Source: a virus
Taxonomy: Duplodnaviria > Caudoviricetes
DNA: 52,433 nt
Direction: 5' to 3' (one strand)
IMG/VR virus record: IMGVR_UViG_3300027749_000146
Coordinates: 1-52,433 of that record
Shown here: piece by piece, positions 49,905-52,433 of the stretch
Layout: every line of letters begins with the position of its first letter
Position numbering within the stretch: position 1 is the stretch's first letter
The notes under the pieces: generated by a model
Databases searched by the model: none
What the model was told of the DNA's origin: nothing
Seen by the model: only the letters and a program-made list of their open reading frames with translations
Made by a program: the position numbers and the translations under genes

Positions 49905-52433
49905 TTAAATATTCTCGAAGGAAGCTCCTGTTGGAGTGATAAAGAATTCAATATCAATGAACTCTAACGCCTTCGTTGGTTTAAGGTAAATTTTACCTGT
50001 TAGGGTATTTCTGTCTAAGTCTTCAGGTGAAGATGAAACTGTCACACGGAAATCGTATAGACCTCTATCTCTTCTGATAGAATCCAAGATTGGGTTAACA
50101 CTATCTAAGAATTGTTGTCTAACGATTTGATCGTTTTGTTCGAACAACAATCTAACAGCGACCGCAGAAATCAACTTACGAGCTTGAAGTAATAATCTTC
50201 TTACATTCAATCTGTTAAGTGCACTATCGGCAACTTGTAATGTTTTATTACCCCAAATTACGGTACCAACATCTGCGAATGTTGCGATTGGATTAATTCT
50301 ACCTTGATAAAGTGTGTCTCTATCTTCTTGGGTTAGTTTTCTTCTTGCTTTAACAGAGTTTACTAAACCTCTTGTGTAACCCGCTGATGCGAACCAAGGG
50401 AAAGCGATATTATCAGTAAGTGCCAAGTTTCTACAAACTTCACCTGTAGCAGGTAAGTAGATTTGGGTGTTATTAACAGTATCTCTTGTTAAAATCCAAG
50501 GATAGTAAGTAGCGGTATAGTTAGAGTCGATTCCTGTATTATTCAAGTTATCAACAGCCTCTTGAGGATAGATAACATCTAATGAATTTGTTCCATCAGG
50601 TGTGTACATATTGTAGTCAGGAGTAGTTGCGATGTATACTGAATCCGCTCTTGAATATTGAACCATGTTAATCGCGTCTTCTACTAAGTTTGAGTTGTTA
50701 ACATAATCAATACTTGAAGTCGCAAACACATTGATGTTTGTTGCCTCAGGGTTTTGGAATGATAAGATACCAAGTAGATATGCGTAATAGTCAGTATTAG
50801 CGAAATCTTGAGTGTTATTCTGAACCACAATTCTCTTAAATAGACCATCACCAGTTGCTGATGGGTATCTTGTAGATGGTGATGCTCCTGCCAAGTAACC
50901 TGACGCTCCTAATTGGAATCTATCTTGGTTAGTTCTAAATTCTCTGTAAATGTCCCATCCGTCGAAACCACCAGCAAAACATACTGTGTATTTTCTAGCG
51001 TAGATGAAATAATATGGATTTTCTTGTGTGTCAGGATCTGTTCTGAAATCTGCATCTCCACATTCAAATGCTGTTTGACCACTTGATAAATAAGTGTTTG
51101 ACATTGTAACAACAGTTGCGCCTGAATCCATATGGAATCCTTTAGATTGTATATTCCAAGAATCTCCAGGGATAGGAACTGCCGAAGCCACCCAATTATT
51201 TGGATTTTGTTTTCCAATATATGATAAGAAAGATTCATCAACCCCAAATTGTGTTGAAAATCCTAAATAACTTCTTCTAACAATATCACCATTTGATTCA
51301 GTAACATTTAAATTAGCTCCGAATGGAGGATTATAAATTACTTCACCTGGATAATAATATTTTGTTTTGAATTTAATATATGGTGAAGGATAAAGATCAT
51401 ATGACTCATATTCTCTTTGTGTATAACCATAGAATCCACAAGGTATTGCGTCCACTGGAGCCTCATCGGCCAATTCAATCATAATGTATTTTGAAAGAAG
51501 TGCGAACTCACCATTTGCAGTACCAATCTTTTTTGCCACAAAATTATTAGATGCCGGATCCATATTACAATTTGTAAATTTCTCAACAACAACAGGATTT
51601 GCATCAGTGTCATAGAAGTTTCTTACTAAGACATCAAAAGTCATATTATTAAATGATAAATTCGCTATCGAAATTTTCACTTCAAAGTTAGCTGAATTAC
51701 CATCAGAGATAGAAATAAACTTAAATAATCTATAAACTTGATTACCTCTTAATTCTGAAACTAAATAAGGTGTTTCAGGTGATTGATATTGTTCTACATT
51801 ATAAGCGATAGAAGTTGACTCTTCACTTCTTGCTTCAGGTAATGCGATTAACTCACAATTTAAACCTTTAATGTATCCTTGATTGTATGCGTAGTTTAAA
51901 GAGCTAGGATAAATCTCTTCAACATAAATTGGAACATCATATCTTGATTTACCAAAATTGTCGACCCCTAATACTTTAGTAATATACTTAGAAGACATTG
52001 CAGATAATGATGATTCAAATGAGAAGTTAGTGTTCTCTCTTGTAACCCCTGAAAGTAAGAATGATTCAAATGGAGAATTTGTAATACCAGAGTATTGATT
52101 ACTACAAATAATATTTAAATCTGTTAACCCACTTACTTGGTATATTTGACCGTGATCAATACTATCGGCACTATTAGCATATAATGAAATACCTCTTGAA
52201 CGTAAAGTCGCAACAACCATATTATTATACTGGGTGTAAGCCGTACCTGTGAAAGTATAAACACTACCTGAAACAGTTCCTGTATATGATAATGAAGTTC
52301 CTGATATTAAATTAGTCACAGCATAATCAAAAGAATATCCTGAATAATTATTTCCTGTGTAGTTATCAAAGTTTGCATAATACCAAGAATCATTCGATCC
52401 CGCACTTAAGTCATTGTAGTATAAATTGTTTGA
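49905..52433 (-). CDS. Contractile tail sheath protein, T4 gp18-like (5' end outside the window)
   Basis: YTATYYPW, FPWFASAGYTRG, RDTLYQGRINPI, VIWGNKTLQ, RLNVRRLL, FEQND, KPTKALEFI. The frame stays open past 52319 to the window end. Confidence 0.95.
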   Translation of the reverse strand, partial: SNNLYYNDLSAGSNDSWYYANFDNYTGNNYSGYSFDYAVTNLISGTSLSYTGTVSGSVYTFTGTAYTQYNNMVVATLRSRGISLYANSADSIDHGQIYQVSGLTDLNIICSNQYSGITNSPFESFLLSGVTRENTNFSFESSLSAMSSKYITKVLGVDNFGKSRYDVPIYVEEIYPSSLNYAYNQGYIKGLNCELIALPEARSEESTSIAYNVEQYQSPETPYLVSELRGNQVYRLFKFISISDGNSANFEVKISIANLSFNNMTFDVLVRNFYDTDANPVVVEKFTNCNMDPASNNFVAKKIGTANGEFALLSKYIMIELADEAPVDAIPCGFYGYTQREYESYDLYPSPYIKFKTKYYYPGEVIYNPPFGANLNVTESNGDIVRRSYLGFSTQFGVDESFLSYIGKQNPNNWVASAVPIPGDSWNIQSKGFHMDSGATVVTMSNTYLSSGQTAFECGDADFRTDPDTQENPYYFIYARKYTVCFAGGFDGWDIYREFRTNQDRFQLGASGYLAGASPSTRYPSATGDGLFKRIVVQNNTQDFANTDYYAYLLGILSFQNPEATNINVFATSSIDYVNNSNLVEDAINMVQYSRADSVYIATTPDYNMYTPDGTNSLDVIYPQEAVDNLNNTGIDSNYTATYYPWILTRDTVNNTQIYLPATGEVCRNLALTDNIAFPWFASAGYTRGLVNSVKARRKLTQEDRDTLYQGRINPIATFADVGTVIWGNKTLQVADSALNRLNVRRLLLQARKLISAVAVRLLFEQNDQIVRQQFLDSVNPILDSIRRDRGLYDFRVTVSSSPEDLDRNTLTGKIYLKPTKALEFIDIEFFITPTGASFENI

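Noticed and set aside
947-51247. Remaining 60-120 aa alternate-frame and plus-strand ORFs; tRNA or DGR elements
   Set aside because: The ORFs are nested in well-supported genes and lack motifs. No cloverleaf, reverse transcriptase or template/variable repeat pair was seen.
18312-52433. Bacterial eCIS, tailocin or T6SS locus
   Set aside because: Interleaved phage replication genes and homing elements, with no bacterial housekeeping context, indicate a phage genome.
1-52433. Stop-codon reassignment as seen in some large phages
   Set aside because: Genes tile densely in the standard code, and TAA, TGA and TAG all end genes at sensible positions.

Overview
The window is part of a large AT-rich myovirus-type (contractile-tail) phage genome. 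Every credible gene is on the minus strand and reads in the standard code. In transcription order (right to left): tail sheath (truncated by the window end), HAD-family phosphatase, tail tube, an inserted nuclease-GNAT gene, tail-assembly chaperone with a short overlapping +1-frame ORF, tape measure, a 1681-aa tube/baseplate protein with an OmpA-like domain, a LysM/gp53-like protein, and a 2575-aa hub-like protein. A replication block follows: gp32-like SSB, RecA/UvsX, an inserted RHH+HNH cassette, 5'-3' exonuclease, DnaB with a class 3 intein, and class II RNR. Then come gp25- and gp6-like baseplate genes, several unknown structural proteins, and an adhesin/fibre cluster (SprB-repeat, Thr/Pro mucin-like and Gly-Ser/Thr collagen-like proteins, the last truncated). 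A consensus Bacteroidota promoter, SprB repeats and mostly SD-less A-rich starts suggest a Bacteroidota host. The best leads are a candidate UUU_CGU +1 frameshift, an unannotated RHH gene coupled to an HNH nuclease, OmpA-like and membrane-like segments inside baseplate proteins, and a recurrent TATTTAT promoter-like motif. All protein calls are by-eye motif recognition; no searches were run.
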